A stretch of DNA of 64,000 bases from Nitrospirota bacterium (GCA_963733375.1 CAVTDB010000001.1:43071-107070), one strand, 5' to 3'. Positions 11,961 through 22,484 are shown, numbered from the stretch's first letter. Numbers and translations: made by a program. The notes: generated by a model not told the origin, from the letters alone.

Positions 11961-12160
11961 GGTTCGCCTCCTTTTTTTGAGCGACTCTTATATATATATT
12001 ATAGCGTGAAAGCGGAAATGGGGGATATGACCTAATGATAGAACTTACCAAGTAGTTATCTAAGTCTCGGAATTAGCCTTATCTGGATGGGATTTGGCGG
12101 GAAATTTTACAAGATTTTTATAAAATACTATTTCGGCTACGATAATGCAGGGCTGCGGAG

Positions 12161-12763
12161 TTATCCTTTTGCCAATGCTTTCAACGCCTCTTTTATCAGA
12201 ATTTCCAGCGCCATATCTTCGCCGCCCACGGCGCAGATTTTTTTGACCGCGTCTTCGGCCATATTCTTTTTATAGCCGAGATTAACCAGCGCGGATACGG
12301 CCTCGTCCCTCTGCCGGCTGTACGCTCCCGCTGCGCACGGGCCGGATTCCGTCGCGCCAAGGGCGGCAACTTTATCCTTTAATTCCAGGATAACCCGCGC
12401 GGCGGTCTTCGGTCCCACGCCCGGTATGGTGGAGATTTTCTTCTGGTCTCCGCGCGCTATCGCGTCGGCAAGCTCTCCGGCGGGAAGGCCTGAGATGATG
12501 GCGAGCGCGACCTTCGGGCCGATGCCGGATACGGCAGTCAGCGCGAGGAAAAGCTCTTTCTCCCTCTGCGTGAGGAAGCCGTAGAGCAGTATCGCGTCCT
12601 CGCGGACATGGGTGTGGATATGGAGAGATACCTGGTTTCCGACATCGGGCAGGCCGTAGAAAGTGGACAGCGGAATCGAAGCCCGGTAGCCGACCCCGTG
12701 GACGTCGATTACGACACTGCCGGGGTCCTTCACGAGCAGGTTTCCGGTTAAGCGGGCGATCAT
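12161..12763 (-). CDS. ruvA: Holliday junction protein RuvA
   Basis: HVREDA, GIGPKVA, GVGPKTA, ALVNLGY. Confidence 0.96.
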   Translation of the reverse strand: MIARLTGNLLVKDPGSVVIDVHGVGYRASIPLSTFYGLPDVGNQVSLHIHTHVREDAILLYGFLTQREKELFLALTAVSGIGPKVALAIISGLPAGELADAIARGDQKKISTIPGVGPKTAARVILELKDKVAALGATESGPCAAGAYSRQRDEAVSALVNLGYKKNMAEDAVKKICAVGGEDMALEILIKEALKALAKG

Positions 12764-13284
12764 CTGCGGTTTTTTCCGCCGCTGCCGGACGGGCGGGCCA
12801 GCAATGTCTCTTTCATCCTCGCGCTGTGGATATGGCAGATCGCGCAGGCAAGGGCGTCCGAGGCGTCGAACGGCGCCGGGAGCTCAGTCAGTTTCAGGAG
12901 GGTCTTCACCATCTGCTGGACCTGCGCCTTATCCGCGCCGCCATATCCCACCACGGACTGCTTTATCTCAGTCGGCGTGTACTCGAAAATGGGAAGGTCG
13001 AGGTTCGCCGCCGCGAGAAGGGCAACGCCCCTGGCATGACCGAGCTTCAGCGCGGACTGGACATTCTTGGCGAAAAAGACATTCTCTACCGCCACCGCGT
13101 CCGGCTTATGCCTTGCAATGACCTCTCCCAGCCCTTCGTACATTTTCTTCAGGCGGTGGGGAAAAGACAGGCGGGAAGAGGCCGTGACGCGCCCGGCTTC
13201 CACAAAAAAAATCCGGTTCCCCTCTTCGTCCACGACTCCGAAACCGCTCGCGACGCTTCCAGGGTCGATACCAAGGATACGCAA
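12760..13284 (-). CDS. ruvC: Crossover junction endodeoxyribonuclease RuvC
   Basis: ILGIDPG, LGHARG, DASDALA. Confidence 0.96.
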   Translation of the reverse strand: MRILGIDPGSVASGFGVVDEEGNRIFFVEAGRVTASSRLSFPHRLKKMYEGLGEVIARHKPDAVAVENVFFAKNVQSALKLGHARGVALLAAANLDLPIFEYTPTEIKQSVVGYGGADKAQVQQMVKTLLKLTELPAPFDASDALACAICHIHSARMKETLLARPSGSGGKNRR

Positions 13285-13317
13285 ATGCTTACCCCCACCC
13301 GGCGACCAGAGACGGCA

Positions 13318-13338
13318 CCCTCCCCCAAGGAGAGAGGG
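13318..13338. repeat. REP-like palindrome
   Basis: CCCTCCCCCAAGGAGAGAGGG in the yebC-ruvC spacer. Confidence 0.5.
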
Positions 13339-13359
13339 CTATCGGAAATACTGCCCACT

Positions 13360-14113
13360 TTAGGCTATTTTCTCCATCACGTCATCGGGGATGTCAAAGT
13401 TCGCGTACACGTTCTGCACGTCGTCGTTGTCTTCGAGGGCGTCCATCAGGCGCACCATCTGCTCCGCCTCCTTGCCCTCGAGCTTCACGTACGTCTGGGG
13501 TATCATGGTAACTTCCGCGCTCTCGAACTTCACGCCCTTGTCCTGAAGTCCCTTCTTCACGGCCTCGAAATCCTGCGGCGCGGTTATGATCTCGTAATTG
13601 GATTCATCCGGCTCCGACTTCATATCCTCCGCGCCCGCGTCGAGGGCGACGGTCATCAGCGTGTCCTCGTCCGCGCCCTGTCTTGTCCACGAGGATATAG
13701 CCTTTCTGCGTGAACATCCAGGAGACGCATCCCGTTTCGCCCATGCTCCCGTTGTTCTTGCTTAATACGTGCCGGACCTCGGAGACGGAGCGGTTCTTGT
13801 TGTCCGTCAGGCACTCGATCAGCAAAGCGACGCCGCCGGGGCCGTAACCCTCGTACGTTATCTCGTCGTACGACACGCCCGGAAGCTCGCCAGTGCCCTT
13901 CTGGACCGCGCGCTTGATATTGTCCTGGGGCATATTCGCTTCCTTGGCCTTTTCAATCGCGGTGCGAAGGCGCGGATTGCCGCCCGGGTCGCCGCCGCCA
14001 AGCTTCGCCGCTACGGTAAGCTCTTTGGTTATCTTCGTGAATATTTTGCCCCTCTTGGCGTCCGCCGCACCTTTTTTATGCTTTGTGGTAGCCCACTTTG
14101 AATGTCCCGACAT
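13360..14113 (-). CDS. yebC: YebC/PmpR family protein (frameshift near 13680)
   Basis: [24 protein letters not shown]. Confidence 0.95.
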
Positions 14114-14131
14114 CTGTCCTCCGCCTTTTAT

Positions 14132-15478
14132 TTAATGCCCAAAAAATTTTTGGAACACGCTGGTTTTTTCTTTCTTGGTTTTCTGAAGCACCCTCGCCGA
14201 TGCCTTGTCCACCGGACTTTCCGGCGGCCTCTCAGGCAAACCCTCCGATACCGGCTCCGGAAGCTTCCTCCCCTCCTCCGGAGGCTTTGCCTGAGGCAGG
14301 CTCGGAGGCTCCTTTGGCCGGTCGACCGGCTTCGGCCCCGGCGGCAGTATCTCCACGGCCGTTATCGCTTCCGCGCCTTCGCCGGAAAGCTCCACGTCCA
14401 GGGATACCTTCAGCGTGACCTCTTTCATCCCGCCCTGGGTAGTAAGACGTACCGGGAGCGAAAAAGAAAGCTTCGACCCTCCCAGCGTCCTGCTCTTCGG
14501 CTCATCGTAAGTTAAAAGGTCATTGGCGGCCGGCACCGGGCCGCTTAGCGCATCCAGCTCCTGAATAAAATCATTTTCAGATAGCTCGGCAACCATTTCT
14601 TCGACCGACAAATCCTCGTACTCTTCGTCTTCCTCGATTTCCTTCAGTACCGGAGAATGGACCGGCTCTGGAGCTCTGGCATCCTGCGCCGCCTCAGGCC
14701 GGTTCCGGCTCCAGTTCCGGCGAGGCTCAGGTCTCTGCGCCGCCTCAGGCGGTTCCGGTTCCTCGTCCGGTATGGAGATAGCAGGCGCGGAGACGGATGA
14801 GCGGATTTTTATTACATCTTTCTCAACTTCCCCGGACGCTTTGTCGTTCGCCTTTTCCCCGCTTAATTCGTCTAAATTGATCTGGTGCCCTTCCGGGTCG
14901 TGCTTTAAACTATGGAGGATGAATTTCACCATTGCGGTAAGCGTGGGGAGCACGCCTTCGCCTTTTACGGCGGACGCCTCAAAGTATGGAAGTCCTTTGG
15001 GGTTTAAATAATCCTCCATCTCCTCGACAGTCGCGGCGCCCGGCAAGTCTCTTTTATTGTACTGGATAACTAAGGGAAAATCGGCGGCATCGATGCCCAT
15101 ATCCGTGAGGTTCTGTTTTAAGTTCTCGAAGGACTGGACGTTCTCATTCATCATCATCTTCTGCGAGTCCGCAACGAAGACGACGCCGTCCGTGCCTTTT
15201 AAAACCAGCTTCCTCGTGGAGTTATAGAATACCTGGCCCGGCACGGTATACAGGTGAAAGCGGGTCCTGAAGCCTTTGATTTTGCCCAGTTCCACGGGCA
15301 GGAAATCGAAGAACAGCGTCCGGTCACCCTGCGTCGAGAGAGAGATAAGCTTCCCTTTGTTTTCAGGCCTTATCTTCTCGTACACGCTCTGGATGTTCGT
15401 GGTCTTTCCGGAGAGACCGGGGCCGTAATAGACTATCTTGGCGTTTATCTCCCTTGTCGCGTAATTTACGAGTGCCAC
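14132..15478 (-). CDS. MglA-family small GTPase with long acidic/Pro-rich C-terminal extension
   Basis: KIVYYGPGLSGKTTN, RTLFFDF, YTVPGQ, QYNKRD; probable GTG start at 15478. Confidence 0.85.
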   Translation of the reverse strand: MALVNYATREINAKIVYYGPGLSGKTTNIQSVYEKIRPENKGKLISLSTQGDRTLFFDFLPVELGKIKGFRTRFHLYTVPGQVFYNSTRKLVLKGTDGVVFVADSQKMMMNENVQSFENLKQNLTDMGIDAADFPLVIQYNKRDLPGAATVEEMEDYLNPKGLPYFEASAVKGEGVLPTLTAMVKFILHSLKHDPEGHQINLDELSGEKANDKASGEVEKDVIKIRSSVSAPAISIPDEEPEPPEAAQRPEPRRNWSRNRPEAAQDARAPEPVHSPVLKEIEEDEEYEDLSVEEMVAELSENDFIQELDALSGPVPAANDLLTYDEPKSRTLGGSKLSFSLPVRLTTQGGMKEVTLKVSLDVELSGEGAEAITAVEILPPGPKPVDRPKEPPSLPQAKPPEEGRKLPEPVSEGLPERPPESPVDKASARVLQKTKKEKTSVFQKFFGH

Positions 15479-15566
15479 TAAATCCTCTAAATGCTTATTA
15501 AAAAAATAAAAATCGAGCCTATAGAAATAGCATGAACGACGGCGCTGTGTCAATATAAATTGGTGC

Positions 15567-16316
15567 TTACCTGGCCCTGACCACCCATGCCGGATATCCC
15601 TCGCGGGCCAGCTTATCAGCCAGTTCCATCGCCGGTTTCCTCTCCCGGAAACTACCCGCCTGCACCCGGTTATATATTACTCCCTTTATCTGTGCCTTCG
15701 ATATCCTGACGTCCTGATAACCGAGTTCCAGCCCCAGTCTCAAGTGTTCCGCGTTCTCCGGGTCCGAGAATGCCCCGACCTGCACCCTGTAAAATCCCTT
15801 TCCCGAGACGTCACCTATCTTTACTTCCTTGATATATGAGATGTCGCGTCCTATCTCCTGGACGATTACCGGCCCGGTGTCCAGCCGGCCTATAGCGCGC
15901 GACGCTCCGCGCGAGATGTCCAAATCCACGTCCAATACAAACGGCCCGCGGTCGTTTACCGTCACTACGCACTCTTTCCCGGTCTTCGGGTGCTTGATTT
16001 TCAGTTTGGTTCCAAAGGGATACGTCTTGTGCGCGCATGTCAGGCCGTCCTGGTCGAATACCTCTCCGGACGCCGTGCGATGCCCTTGAAAGCCCGGCCC
16101 GTACCAGGAGGCAATCGCCTGGTAAACCGTACCGGCGGGCGGGGGCGGTTTGCCCGGGCCGGTATCCGTCAGGGGCATCCCGTTCCTGTCCACCTTCGGG
16201 AGCGGGCGGTGCTTTATCATTGGCGATTGGGCTTCCCTTTCCGGGGCGTGCGCGCAGGCGGAGAGAATAAAAAAACAGAGCAGGGTTATCGACAGCTTTT
16301 TATGGAAGTCCGGCAT
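15567..16316 (-). CDS. rlpA: Septal ring lytic transglycosylase RlpA with SPOR domain (lipoprotein)
   Basis: LSAC lipobox, ASWYG, TASGE, VNDRGP, VQVGAF. Confidence 0.9.
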   Translation of the reverse strand: MPDFHKKLSITLLCFFILSACAHAPEREAQSPMIKHRPLPKVDRNGMPLTDTGPGKPPPPAGTVYQAIASWYGPGFQGHRTASGEVFDQDGLTCAHKTYPFGTKLKIKHPKTGKECVVTVNDRGPFVLDVDLDISRGASRAIGRLDTGPVIVQEIGRDISYIKEVKIGDVSGKGFYRVQVGAFSDPENAEHLRLGLELGYQDVRISKAQIKGVIYNRVQAGSFRERKPAMELADKLAREGYPAWVVRAR

Positions 16317-16383
16317 GACAGGATTTTATAGGTGTGAAGGGGCTATGTCAACGGGTTTGCTCCCTTGGCCTCCTTCCTTATAA

Positions 16384-16441
16384 CCCTCCCCACCTGCGGG
16401 GGGGGGGTCGACCGTTACTCGGAGAGGGCCGGGAGAGGGTG
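16384..16441. repeat. REP-like palindromic element at edge of AT-rich island
   Basis: CCCTCCCCAC-CT-GCGGGGGGGG...GGAGAGGGCCGGGAGAGGG. Confidence 0.55.
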
Positions 16442-16824
16442 ATTTTTAGCTTAATATAAATAAAATACGTATATACTTCATCAGGATATGAAAAATTGGT
16501 GAATGCTGGAAAAAATTATGCTTAACTTTCAAATACTTGCAAAACCAGAACCCGGATTTTCCGGCCCGCCGAAATTAACCGAAAATAGGCCGTAACTCTT
16601 TCTAATATATGATTAAAAATCCCTCCGGCGCCTGAAAAACACATGTCTCAAAAACCGCCCCCAGACCCCCAAAATCGGCCTGTAAGGCCGTAAAAATGGC
16701 GTAAATTCATACCCCGATAAAAAAACGACGAATAAGTCATTTATATGTGAATAGGGGTAAATTAACGATGAGTTGGAACGCTCGAGCAGGAAGGGTTATT
16801 AAGAGCAGATGGAAATCGGGGATT

Positions 16825-17256
16825 TTATTTACTGATGAGCTTCTTGTACAACTTTTTCATTTCTTCATATTGTTTTGGATTACTTTGTTGTTCCGGTGTT
16901 GCTGCAGTAATGAAAATACCTTCGTAATATCCAACAAAAGCGTCATTATAAAATTTCGCCAGTTTTTTTGAGAGAAGATTATTATTCACGAGAAACGCAA
17001 AATATTCCAGAGTATTGAAAAAAAGACTTAACCATTTTCTTGTTTCAGCGATATCTTTTTTGCTTTGATATTCTTTATAATATTTTTCTTCTAAATTTCT
17101 GATTTCTAAGAAGAAGGATTGAAAGGTAGCAATATTTCTAGAACGGGAATTTTCTCTTATGGCAAGATAATTAAAAAACAAGGCACTTACTGCTGCAAGG
17201 GCAGCTACTACTGCCCCAATCATACTCCAAAATTCGACGCTTAGTTTAGCAATCAT
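16825..17256 (-). CDS. Membrane-anchored protein, DUF4760-like
   Basis: N-terminal TM; FFNTLEYFAFLVNNNLL pattern; AT-rich. Confidence 0.5.
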   Translation of the reverse strand: MIAKLSVEFWSMIGAVVAALAAVSALFFNYLAIRENSRSRNIATFQSFFLEIRNLEEKYYKEYQSKKDIAETRKWLSLFFNTLEYFAFLVNNNLLSKKLAKFYNDAFVGYYEGIFITAATPEQQSNPKQYEEMKKLYKKLISK

Positions 17257-17526
17257 TTATTCATTAGGCGAACTATCAGTTGGGGCAGACGCGATAGGAG
17301 TAGCGGCAACGGGTGAAGAAGCAGGAGAAGACGTAGTTGCAGAATCGCCTGAGGATTGTACAAATTCACTGACTAAGTTGCTGTGATTAAAACTTCTTGT
17401 TATATCCGAACTATTATCTCTACCCATGGCTCCGCCTCCTATTTTAATTTGCTTGACCAATTCACTGTAATTATAAGAACCAACTACTCTTTCTAAATCG
17501 TCTTCTTTTTCTTCACTCATATCCAC
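17257..17526 (-). CDS. Small hypothetical protein (possibly two peptides)
   Basis: 89 aa ORF abutting the downstream gene; internal SD plus ATG; repeated S[YF]N[YH]SxLV. Confidence 0.45.
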   Translation of the reverse strand: MDMSEEKEDDLERVVGSYNYSELVKQIKIGGGAMGRDNSSDITRSFNHSNLVSEFVQSSGDSATTSSPASSPVAATPIASAPTDSSPNE

Positions 17527-17680
17527 CCTTTTGCTTTGGGTTTAAGATAAAGGGGCCCGAAACTAAGATTACAACAAGTCATAACTACCACATATTGACG
17601 TAGCTTGTCAATAGTTTTCTATATGCTGTATATTTAGAGTTAGCAGAAAATCAGATACACTTCCTAATTTTAGCATGGAA

Positions 17681-17761
17681 CTATGCGTGCAGGTCGGATT
17701 CCCAGATATGGCAGTTCTTGCAGAACCATTTGGGGACTTCGATGGCGATAACGCATCCGGC
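17681..17761 (-). pseudogene. Orphan 3' fragment of the small CxxC gene at 19060-19279
   Basis: Translates AGCVIAIEVPKWFCKNCHIWESDLHA*, homologous to 19060-19145. Confidence 0.8.
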
Positions 17762-17785
17762 AAGTTTATTGTGAAGGGTAAAATA

Positions 17786-17814
17786 AGGGACACAATCCCG
17801 TAAGATGTGTCCCT
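17786..17814 (-). terminator. Hairpin, probable terminator after DUF1579 gene
   Basis: AGGGACACA...TGTGTCCCT stem followed by TATTTT on the minus strand. Confidence 0.55.
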
Positions 17815-17837
17815 GAATTTCCGGAGTCAATTTGAGG

Positions 17838-18407
17838 TCAGGCTGCTTTGCTTGGCGCTGCTTTCGCCGCCTCCTTCCTGGTGACCGTCATCTCCATCTC
17901 CTTCGTTTCCTTACCGCCCTCAGGAGTGATGTACATTTCATACCCCAGGGTGTTGTCATCCAGGAATTTGGTTACGCTGCGCCAACGCAGATGCCCTCTG
18001 ACGGGGTCGTCAAGGGTGCTCTCCTGCGTAAGAGTCTTGCCGTCGGCGCTGGCGGTACCCTCAAAATAATTAATACCGGTGCTCATATTGTCGTACCAGA
18101 TCGATACGACCTTCCCGGTCTGGTTGTCGTACCCGATGAGGTTGATGCCGTTGAACGTCTCTCCCATCATATCGCCGGTATATTCCTGCTGCAGGTAACG
18201 TCCTCCGAGTATCATCTTCTGCACGCAGGTGCCTGTGGTTTCCATCGGGGGCTTATTGGGGTCCATCCGCGCTTTGGTCCTGGTAACCCAGCTCCCGGTC
18301 AGCTTCTCCAGCAGCTTGTGGACGGGGCCCGGAGTTGCCAGCTTCTTGTACGTTTCCATCATCGACTCCATGTCCATCTTGCCCTCTTTTTTCTTCTCTT
18401 TATCCAT
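17838..18407 (-). CDS. DUF1579 domain protein
   Basis: PGPVHKLL..LTGSW, ILGGRYL, GYDN...WYDNMSTG. Confidence 0.85.
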   Translation of the reverse strand: MDKEKKKEGKMDMESMMETYKKLATPGPVHKLLEKLTGSWVTRTKARMDPNKPPMETTGTCVQKMILGGRYLQQEYTGDMMGETFNGINLIGYDNQTGKVVSIWYDNMSTGINYFEGTASADGKTLTQESTLDDPVRGHLRWRSVTKFLDDNTLGYEMYITPEGGKETKEMEMTVTRKEAAKAAPSKAA

Positions 18408-18587
18408 CTCGAACCTCCCTGCATTTAGCGTTACTTAATAATATAATTATACCTGAAGATTGCCTGCGTCGCAGGCATCGGCATGTATGCATTGGCTTGG
18501 CAAAAGATTTGCAATCGTCAGGAAATGTTCTAAGTGAGATATTTGCGAGAAAATCCATGGCATGGTATGTTTTCAGTAGGAGACGCC

Positions 18588-19030
18588 ATGAAAAAAAATT
18601 TACTATCGTTTGTTGCAATAGTAGTTGTAATAGGCGCTTTATTGGCAATAAGCTACGCGGCCCCTGCCGCTGCTGACGATGTGCGTCCTACCGTAATAAA
18701 TTGTACCTGCAAGGTCTGGAATACCTATGTAGATGATTGTGCGAACTGGGTCGAGAGAGGCATGAGAAGGGACGGCGTTAATCCGACCCAATTTTATTAT
18801 GAAGCGTCTAAGGTTGTGGCCAAAAGGGAAAAGGAAGCATATATAAACGGATTAATTAACGCTTACCGCGCAGTTTACTCTGTAACAAAGAAGGAAATGT
18901 ATAATTTACCCTACTGCGTCGGTCAGTATGAATCTGCATTAGATGCATATGCCAACGACCCTAAAAATGCCGACGTCCCTATTTCGGCAGCCATCATAAT
19001 CGTTAATAACAATATAGGCGGAAGTAAGGT
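18588..19030 (+). CDS. Exported hypothetical protein (3' end uncertain)
   Basis: AGGAG SD and MKKNLLSFVAIVVV...AAA signal peptide; ORF runs on into the opposite-strand gene, probably via an indel. Confidence 0.55.
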
Positions 19031-19059
19031 TTCTATTGGGAGAATCCATTCTGGCCGGG

Positions 19060-19279
19060 CTAGCGTGCAGGTCGGATTCCCAGATATTAAGACGGCAGGC
19101 TTTGCAGAACCATTTCGGGACCTCGACGGAGAGGACGCATCCGGCCATTATGCATTCGCCCCGCTTCTCCGCATCGCGGTACTTCTCGTAATCCCCGGCT
19201 TGCACCGGTAGATAATCGGTATTATTTTTTCAGATGAGCCGCACTTGGGGCAGATAATTTTTTCGGTTGTCTTATTCAT
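19060..19279 (-). CDS. Small Zn-ribbon-like hypothetical protein (frameshifted)
   Basis: MNKTTEKIICPKCGS..IIPIIY...AGC....PKWFCKAC. Confidence 0.6.
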
Positions 19280-19307
19280 TTTCTCTCCGCATCAAATTCC
19301 ACAATTT

Positions 19308-20175
19308 TTACATCACGTCCGGAAGAACGCCAGGAAACTTCCGGTAAACCCGAGGAAAGTCCCGACGAATATTATGCCGAGCCATGCCGCGGGCGGCAGG
19401 AAATGTATCCCGCCATCCATGACAGGCATGGCTTTCGAGACGGATATCCAGCGCACGGCGCGCGTAAAGGAGCCCCACCGAAAGCCCGGAAGCCATTAGC
19501 CCCTGAAGCGCCCCTTCGGCAAGGAACGGCCCCATGATAAACGGCCTTGTCGAGCCAAGGAGCTTCATCACCTCTATCTCGCCCTGGTGCCGGAGCACCG
19601 CGAGACGCAGTGTGCTGTAGCTTATAAAAACCACCCCGACCAGGACGGCCAAGCCCAGGGCAAGCCCTGCGAATTTGAAAGAATCCAGCATCCTTTTCAG
19701 ACGCCCGGCCTCTTCCCGGAGGTACTGCACGTCCTCCACGCCCGCCATCGTCCGCAGGGCCTTTACCAGGTCGTCCGGCGAACCCGCCGCGCCTTCCCCC
19801 TTGAGACGTATATCGAAGGAGGCCGGGAGCGGGTTCATCCCGATGCTCTTGATAAGGGGCGTCTCATCAGCTTGCGGTATCCGAAAACTCCTTCAGGGCC
19901 TTATCCTTCGAGGTAAACACGACAGAGGCCACCAGCGGGTCAGCATTAAGGCGTTTATTGACGGCGTCCATCTGGGCCGTGGTAATCCCGTCGGACAGAT
20001 AGACGGTTAAAGGGAACTTCTCGTTGACAGAGGACAAGGCCCCTTGTAAATTCAGGAACAGGGCGAGGTATGCCCCCAGGAACCCCAGGGCGACCGCCAG
20101 CGTCACGGCGGTGAAGAAGCTGGTTATCTTGCTCTCCCAGAGGTTTTTTAGCGCGGTAGTCAGAAAATATTTCAT
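19308..20175 (-). CDS. ftsX: Cell division permease FtsX-like (frameshifted)
   Basis: SKDKAL, NPLPASF, EIEVMKLLG....IMGPFLAEG. Confidence 0.85.
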
Positions 20176-20220
20176 GGGCCGGATTATATCTGAAAAGTAA
20201 TAATTTTAAAAGAAGGAGTT

Positions 20221-20643
20221 TTAAAGGCTGTGAATTAAATACACCAGCAGGAACATCCCTATGGCAAGAAGCGCGAGCGCGGTCATTAACGTCAGAATAG
20301 GGGACGGCAGGAAGGTATCCTCGTCTATCTCTTTTTCAATCTTCCTGTACCGGATAAACGACAGGAAACCGATTGCCGCGCCCATCGCCACCAGTACTAT
20401 TCCAAAGACGGACGAATATCCCGGGCCGGGTATTTTTTTGGGCAGGGAGGACGGGACGCCGGGAACCGTCCTCATGAGGAAATATTCCGCCTCCTTCAGG
20501 AACAGCGCGAACTTCTCCACCACGAACCCGAACGCCATCAACGCGATGCTCGTCCTTATCCACGCAAGGAACGTCCTCTCGTTCGCCAGGTGCACCCTTC
20601 TGTTACGCGGCTTTTTTGTCTTCTTCTCTTCCTGAGCGTCCAT
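20221..20643 (-). CDS. DUF202/YidH family membrane protein
   Basis: HLANERTFLAWIRT. Confidence 0.9.
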   Translation of the reverse strand: MDAQEEKKTKKPRNRRVHLANERTFLAWIRTSIALMAFGFVVEKFALFLKEAEYFLMRTVPGVPSSLPKKIPGPGYSSVFGIVLVAMGAAIGFLSFIRYRKIEKEIDEDTFLPSPILTLMTALALLAIGMFLLVYLIHSL

Positions 20644-20710
20644 CTCCCTCCTCTTTCTATCTCTTTGTAATTATAACAGATAAAGGCTTTTGTCCATGAT
20701 ATAATATCTT

Positions 20711-21070
20711 ATGAAAATTTACGCGTATCTGGCAGATTCGGTTATATTTATCCATCTGCTCTGGATATTGTTCCTGATATTCGGCTCGCTCTGGGGCGTG
20801 CGGCATAAGGCTGTAAGGGTGGTGCATATCCTTGGCCTCGGATACGCCTTCATCATAAACCTTTTCGGATTTTACTGCCCCTTAACCCACCTTGAGACAT
20901 GGCTGCAATCCAGATATTCCCCTTCCGGGGCATACTCGGGCTCGTTCATTGCCCATTACATGGAAAAGATAATCTATATCGACCTGCCCGATTACGCGAT
21001 ATTCCTGCTCACCGCCGCCCTGTGCGCATTTAATGCATGGGTATATCTCAGAAAAAGAAGATGGCGTTAG
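20711..21070 (+). CDS. DUF2784 family membrane protein
   Basis: LAD...HLLW, CPLTHLE, FIAHY. Confidence 0.85.
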   Translation: MKIYAYLADSVIFIHLLWILFLIFGSLWGVRHKAVRVVHILGLGYAFIINLFGFYCPLTHLETWLQSRYSPSGAYSGSFIAHYMEKIIYIDLPDYAIFLLTAALCAFNAWVYLRKRRWR

Positions 21071-22401
21071 GCGCGATAGGGTTATTTATCTCCAGCCTCT
21101 CCCGCCGCACAAAGCTCTCCACCCACTTGTCCTCCGGGCGGTAGCGCTCATCTATCATCCGGTCGAAAACGGCGGGGTCTATGGGGAACTGGGACATGGT
21201 CTTGACGACTAAGCCCTGCGGGGTCTCTTCGAGAACGTCCTCGGAATAAAATTCCTTCCACGCCATAATGTATCCCTCGTACAGCTCGTCCGGCGTCATG
21301 AGCGCGGGCTTGAAAACAACGTTCGTGGTGGTGTAGCGGGAGAGGTCGCGGTCGATAATCCTTCCCTGGGCCTCCAGCTTATCATGACAGGCGCGTACTT
21401 GGATAAGGGGTAAGGATCAGGAACTCGCACTCCTCTATGCCGGTCTTTTTGGCGAAATCCACCGTCCTCTCGAATACTCCCTTGTCGTCGTAGTCATACC
21501 CGAACACGAACGAGGCGATGAGTTTTATACCCGCGTCATGGAACCTCTTTATATTGTCCAGATGCTTCTCGGCCGTGGTAAACCCGGCGCGTTTCTCGCC
21601 GAACGAGGCCGCCATCCACGGGCCGACGTCCACATACAGAAGCCAGCAGCCGGATTTCACCAGCCTGTCAACGTAATCCTTATCCTGCGCGGCGGCCAGT
21701 GGGGCAAGCCCCGTCCATTTCTTCCCCATCCCCGCCATGCCGTCGAACAGTTCATACGTCCGCCGCTTGGCAAGATGGAAGTTATCGTCCACGAAGAAGA
21801 TATATTCTTCCATCTTCTCCAGTTCCGCCAGCGCCTCTTTTATGGGCCTGCCCCGGTAGGACGTGCCGTAGATACCGGGCACGGAGCAGAACTCGCAGTT
21901 TACCGGGCAGCCGCGCGACACCTGCATGGACTGCATGGGGATGTATCCCTTCCCCGCCAGCAGGTCGCGCCGGGGCCAGGCGACATTTTCCATCTTGGGC
22001 CGCTCGACGCATTTATACAGCTTCTTCATCGAGCCGCTAATAAAATCTTTTACAAGTTCCTCCCACGTCCCCTCCGCCTCGCCCACCACTACCGCGTCCG
22101 CATGAAGGGCGGATTCTTCCGGCATGAGCGACGGGTGGATTCCCCCAGGACGACAGGTATATTTTTTTCGCGGTATTTATCCGCTATGTCATAGGCGCGT
22201 TTCGCCTGGCATGTCATCGCGGATATGGCCACCATGTCCGCCGGCTCGTCGAAATCAATCTGCTCGATCCGCTCGTCCGTGAAGGAAAGCTCGATCTCAG
22301 GCGGAGTCAGCCCCGCGACGGTTATCAGCCCGAGTGTGTGGATGTACCGGCGGTACTTTAAAGGGAAGTTGCCCCATTCGGGGTAGATAAGTTTAATTCA
22401 T
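21048..22401 (-). CDS. B12-binding-domain radical SAM protein (frameshifted)
   Basis: VVLGG-IHPS, GEAE, SRGCPVNCEFC, FVDDN, LTPYP. Confidence 0.85.
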
Positions 22402-22447
22402 ACTGCCCCTCTCTACGAGGGGTAGATAATCAAGTTTTAATTTTCTA

Positions 22448-22478
22448 TCTCCTCCATGGGAGGGATTGAGGGAGGGTG
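22448..22478. repeat. REP-like palindrome
   Basis: CTCCTCCATGGGAGGGATTGAGGGAGGG; a second small hairpin CCCCTC-TCTAC-GAGGGG near 22406-22422. Confidence 0.45.
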
Positions 22479-22484
22479 ATTGTT

